From IMG/VR virus record IMGVR_UViG_3300021131_000004: 20,000 nucleotides of DNA. One strand, written 5' to 3'. Position 1 is the stretch's first letter. Every line of letters begins with the position of its first letter. A model generated the notes under the pieces. The model had not been told where the DNA came from and ran no database searches. It saw nothing but the letters and a program-made list of their open reading frames with translations. Below are positions 1-8,385 of this stretch, piece after piece. A program made the translations under genes and the position numbers. The stretch is from an uncultured virus (IMG/VR IMGVR_UViG_3300021131_000004) (Duplodnaviria > Heunggongvirae > Uroviricota > Caudoviricetes).

Positions 1-10
1 AGACAGATAA

Positions 11-1513
11 ATGGCAACACCAATATTCAGTAACGCACCAAAATTTACCCAAAAACCAATTTCGGTTGACGGTATTTTGAATTTACCTAAGTTTGACGTA
101 ATCGCTCAGACTGATCCAGAAATCAATAACGTGGCTCAGTGGTTGGGTACTGACTCCTTAGAAAGCACCACTTGGGTTAAAAATGTTGTTCATGAGTTGA
201 TCCATGTTGGAGGTAAAAAAATTGATTTGAACTTCTTCTTTGATATGTTCTATACTCAGGAACACCTGGTACAGACAAAGAGATTGTTCAACCATTATAT
301 CACAGATCCAGACTTGAACGTGTATGCTGCTGCTACCAGAACTGGTACCGGCACTTTGACATTCCAAGTGTTGAAGCAAAATCACCTTCAAGGTGGTGCA
401 TATAGCTATCCTGCACAAGGATACATTTTGATGGATAAGGATAATATGAACTGGTACTACATCCGTAGTGTCGATAAGAGTACTCCTTATGCACACAAGG
501 TGACAATTGAATCATCAGTGAGTCAAACGACTCCTATTACCATTAATGCAAACACTGCATACTTGGTATTACCTGCTAACTTAGTAGGTGGTTACAGTTG
601 TCCTACATTTATCAACGATGCAATGAGCATTGGTTACTCTCAACAAGTAAACTTCCTACGTTTACGTAGAGATGCTGATGTGTCAATTGATTTATTAAGA
701 GGCTACCGTGACAGGTTCCAATATGCAGTAATCTATGATAAAGAGGGTAATCCTTATGATGCATGGGATTTCTATTTAGCTCAAGAGGCTAGATTGGATT
801 TGCGTATGGCCTTTAACGTGCTTTCATTCATTGGCTCTCCAGTTACCAACACAGACTTGACAACAGGTTTGAATGCGGTAATTGACCAAGACCACGTTGG
901 ATACTATGGTTTGATTCCTTCTATCAAGTATGGTGGTGGTATCTTAAAACCATTTGCATCTTCTGTAGGTTGGGATTGGGAAAGTGATTTTGAACCTGTT
1001 GCTTTGTATCAGGATTCATTAAAGCGTACAACAGAATTTACGGCTATCGTTGGTCAGCAATTGTTGATGAACATGGATTACCGTTCAAATAAAATGGTTG
1101 CTCGTACACAAGTAGGTGCAACAGTATTCGAAGCGTACAAACGCTTAGGAGTAAATGATGTTACTGGTTTGCAAAAATTAGGCATCAGTTCTTATGACTA
1201 TCGTGGATTCATGGTGGATCTGAAGAAATTCGATTCATTGAGTGACCATAGATTCATCGGTTCTGATCAATGGAGCAATTCAATGACAATGATTCCTGCA
1301 AGTGGATGTTCTGAAAAAGGCCGTGAAATCAGCCCAATCGAATTCTACCAATACGGACAAAATGGATGGACCGGAGACTACGAAGAGTTCTACCGTGACA
1401 TGCGTAAGATTAACGGTTGTGAAGAAGTTCAAGTTCAGTGTGCTCAATCACTTTCTATGAAGGTGCATTGCCCTCAACTGTTTGTCTTCTGTCAAGGAGT
1501 TGCTGACGCATAA
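11..1513 (+). CDS. Probable major capsid protein (crAss-like type), 500 aa
   Basis: The size (500 aa) and position directly before a crAss-like 'gene 75'-type protein match the crAss-like head block. GLIPSIKYGGG resembles the G-L/I-x-x-x-I segment of HK97-fold capsid proteins. Codons typical of high expression (TTC, TAC, AAC, CGT) are frequent. No signal peptide. Assigned by recalled similarity and synteny only. Confidence 0.72.
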   Translation: MATPIFSNAPKFTQKPISVDGILNLPKFDVIAQTDPEINNVAQWLGTDSLESTTWVKNVVHELIHVGGKKIDLNFFFDMFYTQEHLVQTKRLFNHYITDPDLNVYAAATRTGTGTLTFQVLKQNHLQGGAYSYPAQGYILMDKDNMNWYYIRSVDKSTPYAHKVTIESSVSQTTPITINANTAYLVLPANLVGGYSCPTFINDAMSIGYSQQVNFLRLRRDADVSIDLLRGYRDRFQYAVIYDKEGNPYDAWDFYLAQEARLDLRMAFNVLSFIGSPVTNTDLTTGLNAVIDQDHVGYYGLIPSIKYGGGILKPFASSVGWDWESDFEPVALYQDSLKRTTEFTAIVGQQLLMNMDYRSNKMVARTQVGATVFEAYKRLGVNDVTGLQKLGISSYDYRGFMVDLKKFDSLSDHRFIGSDQWSNSMTMIPASGCSEKGREISPIEFYQYGQNGWTGDYEEFYRDMRKINGCEEVQVQCAQSLSMKVHCPQLFVFCQGVADA

Positions 1514-1556
1514 TAAAACTCAACTGCAATTACCATAAAACAAAAAAAGTAATCAA

Positions 1557-2474
1557 ATGGCACACCAAGAAGAAGTTCCAGTAATGTATATCGAATTGAC
1601 GGATCAGCAAGACAGCGGATACCGTAGAGACGATACTGTTGGAACACCTTATGAAGAAAAAATAACCTGCCCAGGTGTAGAATTTATTCCTAATGTAGGT
1701 AAAAGAGCCGAACCCATCCGAGATAAAGATGGGATTGAAACAGGCAGATTTTCTTTTGTTCCGATTAGATACATCAAAGGATGTGACATAATCGATGTGC
1801 CATTACAAGATAAACTAGGTTGGAAGCCTAATGCGATTCCGCAAGAAGATGCTATTCAGATTCTGAAGGGTAAGACTCTTGTTAGAAGAGAAGGTGATAC
1901 TGCTTTATTTGATTACTTAGAAAAAGTGTTTTATAATATCAGTGCTCCTAATCGTTCACCAAGAGCAAAAGGTTTGTATAAGGTTGTTGAAATCGAAAAG
2001 CAAACTGAAGTCCTTAATGAAAAAGATTTCATGGCAGCAGATGCTGTTATGTATGTGAGAAGTCTGTTATTGCCTACAGGTAAAAACACGTATAAGTATA
2101 GAGAAGATAAAATCGACAACATTCTAACTATTTTAGGTTTGTATGGTGGCGATAATTATCCTGATAAAATAAAAGTTCTTACACATGCTGCAAAAAACAG
2201 TCCTGAGAATTTCTTAAAACTTGTTGTTAAAGCTGATGATGTAACAATCACAGAGGTAACACATGCATTAGAACTTGATGTTATTGCTATCAATGGCACT
2301 ACTATCGAGTATGTAGATGATAAAAAAGTTTTAGCGAATTTAAGTGATGTAAAGGGTGGTAAGGATAAAAAGATTGCAGCTTTTGCAGAATTATTGAGAA
2401 CTCCTGAGTACGCTCAGGCTTATCAAGAAATGAAAGTAAGGGTTGAATTGGCACAAGAAAATTCTTTAAAATAA
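1557..2474 (+). CDS. Conserved crAss-like protein encoded after the capsid gene ('gene 75'-like, function unknown), 305 aa
   Basis: Segments PIRYIKG..., AAKNSPENFLKL, HALELDVI and AFAELLRTPEYAQAYQEM parallel the recalled pattern (LRY..., AKxNPxxFL, AxxxGII, AxFxxTxEGxEVY) of the capsid-adjacent protein of crAss-like phages. Charged, helical, A-rich start context. Confidence 0.65.
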   Translation: MAHQEEVPVMYIELTDQQDSGYRRDDTVGTPYEEKITCPGVEFIPNVGKRAEPIRDKDGIETGRFSFVPIRYIKGCDIIDVPLQDKLGWKPNAIPQEDAIQILKGKTLVRREGDTALFDYLEKVFYNISAPNRSPRAKGLYKVVEIEKQTEVLNEKDFMAADAVMYVRSLLLPTGKNTYKYREDKIDNILTILGLYGGDNYPDKIKVLTHAAKNSPENFLKLVVKADDVTITEVTHALELDVIAINGTTIEYVDDKKVLANLSDVKGGKDKKIAAFAELLRTPEYAQAYQEMKVRVELAQENSLK

Positions 2475-2489
2475 TAAAAATACATAAAG

Positions 2490-3173
2490 ATGGCTACATA
2501 CATCCCAGGGTTCGTCCTCCAAAAATATAACACTCAATTCGCCCCTAAAGGCGGTGCTCCAGTTGGTGCCATTTTAGAAATCCCTACTCCCGATAACGGA
2601 GCTGTGATTGATGGTGACTTTTGGGCAGTTCCGGTGAATATCGGTGTGTATGCCGGTTGGACTTTTCAACCTTATAACGTAAATAATCCAGCAGAAGCGA
2701 CTGCACCAAATTTGTTCTCAGTAGCAGTATGCAGAATTAGTTCTAATAAAACTAGCGATGTGTATTATGTACTTGGAACAGTAGCACAGTATGTTACTGC
2801 TGCTGCTGGTGGAACAGCTCTTCCTGCTGCATGGCCAACATTGGCTCATACAGTTCCATTATTACCAGTTTGTCAGACTTTAAGTAGTCAAGATGGTAGT
2901 GGTAACTACATCGGTGAGATTGGAGTTCCTTCATTAGATATTGGCGGTAACTACTTCCCATTTGGTTTCTTTAACGGTGTTGCTTTAGCAGCCGCTACTG
3001 CAAATGGATATGCGGATCTTACATCTTTGTTAGTGTTCTTAAACGCTTCTTGGAGTGCTGTAGGAACATGGACTAAGACAGCCGACAACTTGAGTATCAT
3101 TGTTACTCAAACAGGCGGTCCAGGAACAGATGTATTCTGTGGAGCAATCGTTGATGTTCATCCATCATTATAA
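2490..3173 (+). CDS. Putative virion (capsid-associated or decoration) protein, paralogue A, 227 aa
   Basis: Gly/Ala/Thr-rich and beta-prone. Aligns along most of its length with 3194..3907. Lies upstream of the 3944 terminator together with the capsid gene. Confidence 0.5.
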   Translation: MATYIPGFVLQKYNTQFAPKGGAPVGAILEIPTPDNGAVIDGDFWAVPVNIGVYAGWTFQPYNVNNPAEATAPNLFSVAVCRISSNKTSDVYYVLGTVAQYVTAAAGGTALPAAWPTLAHTVPLLPVCQTLSSQDGSGNYIGEIGVPSLDIGGNYFPFGFFNGVALAAATANGYADLTSLLVFLNASWSAVGTWTKTADNLSIIVTQTGGPGTDVFCGAIVDVHPSL

Positions 3174-3193
3174 TATCTAGAGGGACTTAAATA

Positions 3194-3907
3194 ATGGCAG
3201 CACCTACTAATCAAATATCAACGGTAACAGTACCTGCATTGGTAATATCATTGAACAACTTTTTGTTTGTTGATAAAACTGATAGCGATGTTGTTCTCGG
3301 TAAAGTTCTTCAAGTTCCATGTAGAGACATTCTATATGACAACACTGATAGATGGGCAATACCTGTGAAGGATAGCGGTCTATTTACTGGATTAGATTTT
3401 GAATATATGGTGAAGGTATATGCCGATATGGATTTTACGCCTCAGCCAACTTTTGATTCTTTCTCGGTATTCAGGATTAGAGATACAAAGAGTTCTTTTG
3501 AGTGGATGATATATGGTTCAAAAGCGAATCTGCTTACTGCGTGTGCTACATGCTGCGGTGCTGATGCGGTTTCTATGCCAGGTATCTCTCCATCATTTAA
3601 ATTAAGAATTGCTCCTTGTCAAACTGTAAATCTTTTGAATGGAAGTGGAGTTCCTTATGGAGTATTTGCATTACCATCTTTAGGAGTAGGTCAGCAATAT
3701 TTCCCTTATGGTTCTTATAATAACGTAGCTCTTCCGGCAGGTGCAACAAATGGGTATGCAACTACAACTGCATTACTTTCATTTTTGAATACTACTTGGA
3801 ATACTTATGTATGGACTTTGAGTTCTGATAACGAAACATTAATAGCAACAGGTGGATCGACAGGAGACAGTTTATGTGTGAACATAGTAGCTGTGACTCC
3901 ATCATAG
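3194..3907 (+). CDS. Putative virion protein, paralogue B, 237 aa
   Basis: Shares WA(V/I)PV, CQT, PSLxxGxxYFPxGxxNxVAL, NGYA and LLxFLNxxW with paralogue A, and has an extra CATCC cluster. Confidence 0.5.
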   Translation: MAAPTNQISTVTVPALVISLNNFLFVDKTDSDVVLGKVLQVPCRDILYDNTDRWAIPVKDSGLFTGLDFEYMVKVYADMDFTPQPTFDSFSVFRIRDTKSSFEWMIYGSKANLLTACATCCGADAVSMPGISPSFKLRIAPCQTVNLLNGSGVPYGVFALPSLGVGQQYFPYGSYNNVALPAGATNGYATTTALLSFLNTTWNTYVWTLSSDNETLIATGGSTGDSLCVNIVAVTPS

Positions 3908-3943
3908 AAAAATAAAACCCCTTTGGTGGGTAACTTAATAACT

Positions 3944-3977
3944 AAAGGGTAATCTGGTAAAAAGGATTACCCTTTTT
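3944..3977 (+). terminator. Rho-independent terminator after the capsid gene block
   Basis: Perfect 11-bp inverted repeat AAAGGGTAATC (3944-3954) / GATTACCCTTT (3965-3975) running into TTTTT (3973-3977), in the 3908-3989 intergenic gap. Confidence 0.8.
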
Positions 3978-3989
3978 AATTATCGTGAA

Positions 3990-6842
3990 ATGAATATTAC
4001 TAATTCAAATGACATCTCAGTTTTACAAGTACAGGTATTTTTTGATATCAGTGGTAATACGCCTATCATTGCCCTTGTAAATCAGAGCCAGGGAGCGAAT
4101 TTAGCGAATGTATCTTATGCATTTGTCGCAACTTCTCCTACGGGAACTTACATCCACAATGGGAATATAAATACTCCTGATGTTGTTGGTGCTTGGACTA
4201 CGCAACAAATTACTGATCCTTGGCCTCGTCCGTTCAATCAAATTGAGTGGAGTGGTGCTCCATATTCATTTGTAGTAATTGCAAAAGATAGTGCCGGTAA
4301 TATTTACCAGGCACCTGCTCAGTTAGCTACTATTTGCAGACCTAATGGGAACTACGATAATTCAAAGACTGCGTTTGGTATTGCTACTTCGGATTTAAAT
4401 GTAAAGTGTCAGGATGGAAGAATATTTTTTCAAGATACTACCTATCATTCTTACAAGGGTGACGATGGTATTTTAGTTTCTTCTCAATTAAAAGTTATTT
4501 TCCCTATTGATGAGACAGAAAATATTCCAACGCCATTCAATCTTATAAATTATTCTACAGCACTTGTTCCTATCACGTACAGTTCTGATAATTATCAGTT
4601 CTTACAAAATGTAATTTATGATTATGATCAAGGTAATGGTGTAATCATTCGTATAAAGTATCAAACACTAAGAACATTTGCTGTTTGGTGTAATATTGAT
4701 TTAGCACCGCTTGTTTGTGAGTTCAATGATTTGATTTATAAAGTAGAAAGTGGCAATTGCACAGATGCTAATTTAGCAGCACAGCAATTGAATTTAATCA
4801 CTGGTAAGATGGCCCTTGTATTCATGGGTATTCAACAACCATTGATTGGCATTGATGTTCCGGCTGTTATTGAAGATATAAAACAAATTGGTGGATTTAA
4901 TTGCAACTGTTGTACAGCACCTACAGGAATTATCCCAAATACAGCATCTATCATCGATGGATATTCATTCAGTGTAGTTCATACAGGTGGTGATGTGAAT
5001 GGTAATGTAACTCAGGCAGGATCTAACATTCAAATCAATCTGCATGACGTAAGTTATGTGTTTGCAATTGGTGTTACTTCTCCGATGACTACAACAGCAT
5101 TTGGTGTTTCTTCAGTAGTTGCAGGAGATGGGTTCACGAAGACTTATTACTTGAATGTCGATGGTCAGCAATTGGCTCTTGATATCCTTGCAAATATTGG
5201 TGACAATCCTGTTGCATTAAACGAACTTAAAACACTTGTTGGTGCGACTAATTTTGAATTAACGGTTGATGGTAAGTGTGTGTTTGATTCAAGTATCTCT
5301 TGTGATTATACTTATTTGCTATCAAATGTACCTGCGAGTGTAACATACTCTTTGTTGCAAAATATTATTGTCAATGGAATTGCACAGCCATTATCATTTG
5401 CATTGAATTTAACTAATTTATCTGCGTTTCAAACGTACTTAAATACATTAGGAATAGGAACATTTGTAGTCACTAATGTAGCAGGTGTAGTTCATGTAGT
5501 TTCTTCATCAAATACTTTCAAGCTTTCTGATTTAACATACTCAACAGCTTCAGTAAATTATATAGCTACACTTACTAAAGTTTGCACAGGCACAACACCG
5601 ATTAGTGCTAACCAGGTGGTACAGAATATTATCAATTATTTATGTGGCCTTACGGATGCACAGGTAACTACTTCTCAAGAGTATGTGATATGCTATATTG
5701 ATCCTATTACTAATGAAAAAACGGTAGCGAATATAAGCTCAGGAACAAAACTTACTGATTTTATATCTACGTTATTGGCGTTAGGTTGTCATACTATTGA
5801 TTATGTAAAAACAATCGGTGGCGGTGGGTCTCCAACTTGTGATAGTACTAAAGCTTTATTCCCTACCAATACAAACGCTCTTTTAGAGTCTGATATAATC
5901 TTTGTAACCAAGGGTGGCACATGTTCTAGAATAAGTCCTATTGAACTAGGAACGGCAATACTTCAGCTAGGAATTTACAACAGTGATTTCTTATCTGCAT
6001 TTTGTACTGCTGCTGCTATTTGTGCAGGATCTACAGATTGTCCTAGCTTGATTAATTTCGAGTATCATTACACAGGGACTAATTTGATTATAACGAAGGC
6101 TATCTTCAATACAACACCTACAGCACCTCAAACAATCACGTTACTATATAAGATTTCCACAAATCCAACATACACTTTATTCTCTGCCGCAGTGGTGGTG
6201 AATACTGATGGAACTTTGGTTGCTCCGGCTGTTATTCCTATATCTTCAGGAACAACTTATAATGTACAGATGATTAATAACTGTTCAAGTCCTGTAGATG
6301 GAATCACTAAAACGATTTCTACTTCAGTAGTACCTACAGCAGGTTCCTATAAATTAGGAACTACTAACCCTGGAGTATGTACCGCAGGAACTGTAACTCT
6401 TTATAGTAACGGAGCATTTGCTATCGGGGATGTAATGTATACTGATATTGGATTAACAAACCCTGTGACAGGATATACATTCATTGTAAATACCGCAGAC
6501 AATCATATTTACAACATTAATTCTACAACAGGATTGGTTGGATCTGATACAGGAAATGTGTGTGTGTCTTTAGGAGGTAGCTTCTTAATTGCATACGGCA
6601 CAGGTGGTTCAGGCGGTGTAGGATCGGCTTGTTACAATTCAGCGTCTAACATTCATACAGTTAGTGTTTATTGGGCAATTCCAGATGGTCCGGGTCTTAA
6701 CAATGGTCAAACATATTATAACTCTGATGGAAGTAAATTTAATGGAACAATTGAGTCTTATTGGGCTGATCAGAACATCTCGTTCCAATACGGTACAATT
6801 GATGTGAACGGTGTATTCCATTTCCACGGGGCTTGTGTATAA
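3990..6842 (+). CDS. Large Cys-rich putative virion protein (head fibre or appendage) with an FN3/Ig-like segment and two C-terminal Cys-bracketed beta domains, 950 aa
   Basis: 24 Cys by my count, including CNCC (4902-4913). FN3-like stretch ITLLYK...SSGTTYNVQMINNC (about 6050-6320). Two related C-terminal domains (6378-6563, 6630-6836). No signal peptide. Lies between head and tail genes. Confidence 0.5.
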   Translation: MNITNSNDISVLQVQVFFDISGNTPIIALVNQSQGANLANVSYAFVATSPTGTYIHNGNINTPDVVGAWTTQQITDPWPRPFNQIEWSGAPYSFVVIAKDSAGNIYQAPAQLATICRPNGNYDNSKTAFGIATSDLNVKCQDGRIFFQDTTYHSYKGDDGILVSSQLKVIFPIDETENIPTPFNLINYSTALVPITYSSDNYQFLQNVIYDYDQGNGVIIRIKYQTLRTFAVWCNIDLAPLVCEFNDLIYKVESGNCTDANLAAQQLNLITGKMALVFMGIQQPLIGIDVPAVIEDIKQIGGFNCNCCTAPTGIIPNTASIIDGYSFSVVHTGGDVNGNVTQAGSNIQINLHDVSYVFAIGVTSPMTTTAFGVSSVVAGDGFTKTYYLNVDGQQLALDILANIGDNPVALNELKTLVGATNFELTVDGKCVFDSSISCDYTYLLSNVPASVTYSLLQNIIVNGIAQPLSFALNLTNLSAFQTYLNTLGIGTFVVTNVAGVVHVVSSSNTFKLSDLTYSTASVNYIATLTKVCTGTTPISANQVVQNIINYLCGLTDAQVTTSQEYVICYIDPITNEKTVANISSGTKLTDFISTLLALGCHTIDYVKTIGGGGSPTCDSTKALFPTNTNALLESDIIFVTKGGTCSRISPIELGTAILQLGIYNSDFLSAFCTAAAICAGSTDCPSLINFEYHYTGTNLIITKAIFNTTPTAPQTITLLYKISTNPTYTLFSAAVVVNTDGTLVAPAVIPISSGTTYNVQMINNCSSPVDGITKTISTSVVPTAGSYKLGTTNPGVCTAGTVTLYSNGAFAIGDVMYTDIGLTNPVTGYTFIVNTADNHIYNINSTTGLVGSDTGNVCVSLGGSFLIAYGTGGSGGVGSACYNSASNIHTVSVYWAIPDGPGLNNGQTYYNSDGSKFNGTIESYWADQNISFQYGTIDVNGVFHFHGACV

Positions 6843-6853
6843 AATAAATAGAG

Positions 6854-7663
6854 ATGATAGATGTATTCGATTTATATAATGACTTTAAGGGTCTGGTAAA
6901 TACCTTCCAAGGAGGGTTTTACCAGCCCCAAAGTACCTTTATTCGTGCAGCCAATAATATTCATAAGGAATTGTGGATTAAGTGGACTAATGAGGCAGAG
7001 AAATCGCAGGAGGCAAGAGATAATCTCGCATGGGCTTTAAAGTCTGAAAATGTTATTGTAACGGCAGCGAATTCTTACTATGGCATTTTAAAGCCGCCAG
7101 TAGATTACGGACGATTTGCTTCAGCGAAAATATTGTGGGAGAAAAAAGATGATGAGGTAAAGTGTAAGCCGTCTATCAATGTGAATAAGGGTAAGTGTAT
7201 TATTGGGAAGAGAAATAAAAATGGCATCATGATTAACACTTATGATACTACTATTTCTCAGGAAGAAATCACCGAAGCTTACTATGATAAATTAGAGGAA
7301 TCTGATGTTGAATTAATTGATGAACAAAGGTGGTCTGCGTGTATAAAACATCTATCGAAAAGTCCTACTATTGAGAATCCAAAAATGCGGCAAATAAATC
7401 AAGGATGGAATGTAGCACCAAGACAAGTAAGTATGGTAATTTTAAATTATTATATTAATCCTGTTGATGCTAAATTTGCTTATGCAACAACACCTGGTGA
7501 TGTGCAAACAGGAGCAGGTGATGAAATAGTTTACGATGCGAAAAATAGCACACAATTTCCTTGGCCTGACTCAGTGAAGAATGAATTTTTATGGAGATTG
7601 GGAGAGCGTTTTTCGTATTTTACACACGATCAGTTTTTAGCTCAAGTTATTAAAATAAAATAA
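6854..7663 (+). CDS. crAss-like tail ring (tubular/adaptor) protein, 269 aa
   Basis: The N-terminus DVFDLYNDFKGLVNTFQGGFYQPQSTFIRAANNIHKELW resembles the recalled V..VY...NK.Q.GY..P.EFN..A...Q pattern of crAss-like ring proteins. The C-terminal YYINPVDAKFAY...YD..NSTQF.WP also fits. Confidence 0.65.
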   Translation: MIDVFDLYNDFKGLVNTFQGGFYQPQSTFIRAANNIHKELWIKWTNEAEKSQEARDNLAWALKSENVIVTAANSYYGILKPPVDYGRFASAKILWEKKDDEVKCKPSINVNKGKCIIGKRNKNGIMINTYDTTISQEEITEAYYDKLEESDVELIDEQRWSACIKHLSKSPTIENPKMRQINQGWNVAPRQVSMVILNYYINPVDAKFAYATTPGDVQTGAGDEIVYDAKNSTQFPWPDSVKNEFLWRLGERFSYFTHDQFLAQVIKIK

Positions 7664-7665
7664 TC

Positions 7666-8385
7666 ATGCCTTACCCATCACAGACGTTTAATAATTTTGA
7701 TGACTTATTAGCGTATATAAATTCTTTATGGATTACTAATGGCAATCAGGAGATAACGGGGTTGATAGGCAATAATGTAGTGAATGGATTATTGACATTT
7801 ATTCGTGAGTCTCCATTAAATTATCAGAAAGCAAAAGTTTCTAGTACAGCAATACATTTTGGAGCTACGCAGCCGGTGAATGTATTTTCAGGAACACCGC
7901 CAATTGATGTTTCGTTTGGAGACAATATTTATAACGAGTATACTTTTGTGAATGCAACAGGAGTAGATATTCCATTTATTGCAGGTCAGTCATTTTATGA
8001 TGTTAACTTAAACAACATCACCTACATTCCATCTAATCAAATATTAAATATTAGTAAGGCTCAGAATGGTATGTGGATACAGACAAATAACTTTAATCCA
8101 GGTGCTGAAGTTTGGGAGCAAATTAATTTTGAGGTTGGGGTAAGTGGGATGAATCCTGGCGATATAACTTACACGATACCGTATCCAAAAATTAAAATAA
8201 ATAGTGTAAAACCATTTGTAGATAGCGGAAGATTATATCCAAATGTATCGGATCAGTTTAGTTATTCGATAGTATATAATGCGAATAATGTAGTAATAAC
8301 ATTTTTAAATGATTCTGGTGCTGGTAATCAAGGAGTGGTATCTGGACAAAAAATAATTATAGATTATGCTAAAGTATCTTTTTAA
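7666..8385 (+). CDS. Putative tail-fibre anchor/adaptor protein, 239 aa
   Basis: N-terminal helix plus ITNGNQEITGLIGNNVV resembles the I-x-x-NGN-x-EITG motif recalled from N-termini of Bacteroidetes-phage fibre/spike proteins, followed by beta-rich domains. No signal peptide. Confidence 0.45.
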   Translation: MPYPSQTFNNFDDLLAYINSLWITNGNQEITGLIGNNVVNGLLTFIRESPLNYQKAKVSSTAIHFGATQPVNVFSGTPPIDVSFGDNIYNEYTFVNATGVDIPFIAGQSFYDVNLNNITYIPSNQILNISKAQNGMWIQTNNFNPGAEVWEQINFEVGVSGMNPGDITYTIPYPKIKINSVKPFVDSGRLYPNVSDQFSYSIVYNANNVVITFLNDSGAGNQGVVSGQKIIIDYAKVSF

